Positions 63,130 to 64,000 of a stretch of DNA of 64,000 nucleotides are shown here, one piece after another. This DNA comes from Azolla caroliniana. Taxonomy: Eukaryota > Plantae > Polypodiophyta. Below the pieces are notes generated by a model. It saw only the letters and a program-made list of their open reading frames with translations. It ran no database searches and had not been told where the DNA came from. Both the position numbers and the translations under genes were made by a program. The stretch is taken from contig JBHGNT010000010.1 of the NCBI GenBank assembly GCA_043228905.1, positions 18,042,001 through 18,106,000 of the forward strand, in the 5' to 3' direction. Every line of letters begins with the position of its first letter. Position 1 is the first letter of the stretch.

Positions 63130-63676
63130 GTAAGTTTTAGTGTCCAAGCTAATAAGTCCTTTGTGCGGAAGTTTTGCACTTGTAAAAGAATTCTCGTTGT
63201 GGATTTTTACATTTCATTTCTTTTAGTAAATTTTCTCTACAGACTTTTGCGTATTTTTTTCATAAGATTTCTCTGTGAGTGTTTTGCATTTTCTTTCACA
63301 TTTTTTATAAGATTCCTTTGTGGAACTTTTGCATTTTCTTTGTGCTTTAATATAAGACTTACGTGTGGAGGTTTTGCATTTTCTGTAACTTTTATTTGTA
63401 AGTTTTTATTGTGGAAGTTTTGCATTTTCTTCAACTTTTTATTGATTAGATTTCTTTATGAAATTTACATTTTTTTTCTTTTTCTTTTTGTATAAGATTT
63501 TCTTGATAGGAGTTATGCATTTTCTTTGTGGAAGTTTTGCATTCTCTTTTTGCTTTTGTATTAAGTTTTCTTTGTCAAAATGTGACATTCTTTTGGTTAT
63601 TTAATAAGATTTTACAGGCTATTTGTTTGTGTTTGCTTTTTTCTATTTTTGAGTCGTGTTTTTATGTATTTTACAG

Positions 63677-63809
63677 GCTATTTGTTTCTACTGCCATGTT
63701 TACTAAGCAAACTGAAATGCTCACTAATCTGCCCACTTCAATGTTGGATGAAACTGTTCATCCATTGCCATCGCTTTTCCGTTTACTTGGTAAAGTTCCC
63801 TTCAAGAAG
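63677..63809 (+). CDS. RAD5: RAD5A-like coding exon 3
   Basis: LFVSTAMF...VHPLPSLFRLLGKVPFKK; AG/GT boundaries in phase. Confidence 0.88.
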
Positions 63810-63897
63810 GTATACATTATCCTCATTAAATAGCATTATCTTGGTAAGCTTGTGAGGAAGTTTCAACTTCATGCTCTTTTTGTTTTTGTTATAACAG

Positions 63898-63951
63898 GCC
63901 GAGTTTACTCCGGATGATTTATTGGCCAGAAAACGTTGCTTGGGATCTGAG
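63898..63951 (+). CDS. RAD5: RAD5A-like coding exon 4 (3' boundary uncertain); gene continues beyond the window
   Basis: AEFTPDDLLARKR, continuing the KK|AEFTP motif; possible GC donor at 63952. Confidence 0.8.
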
Positions 63952-64000
63952 GCATGTTGAAGTCACTTGGCATTAAATATCCATTTGCATTTAACTCATT

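Overview
Eukaryotic land-plant genomic DNA, probably from a large-genome fern or other non-seed plant (inference from the transposon content; not provable here). About 56 kb is nested transposable elements, most of which can be delimited exactly by termini and target-site duplications (TSDs). It holds one intact Tnt1/Tto1-like Ty1/copia element (12706-18124), one copia with identical LTRs but a single nonsense codon (41417-46907), five decayed copia elements, a hAT element (37888-48972), a deleted gypsy/Tat-like element, about ten solo LTRs and two LINE remnants. There is also a ~17.6 kb DNA transposon (9483-27090) with a Sola2-like DDD transposase and a convergent RING-H2 cargo gene. The only clear host gene is the 5' part of a RAD5A-like HIRAN/SNF2 gene (ATG 62044, running off the window end). 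The most unusual signals are (i) TGTCG...CGACA solo-LTR-like elements with 4-bp CG-centred TSDs, three of which carry a tRNA-like Pol III A/B-box cassette at a conserved position, and (ii) the RING-carrying Sola2-like transposon. All family assignments come from motif recognition by eye; no searches were run.
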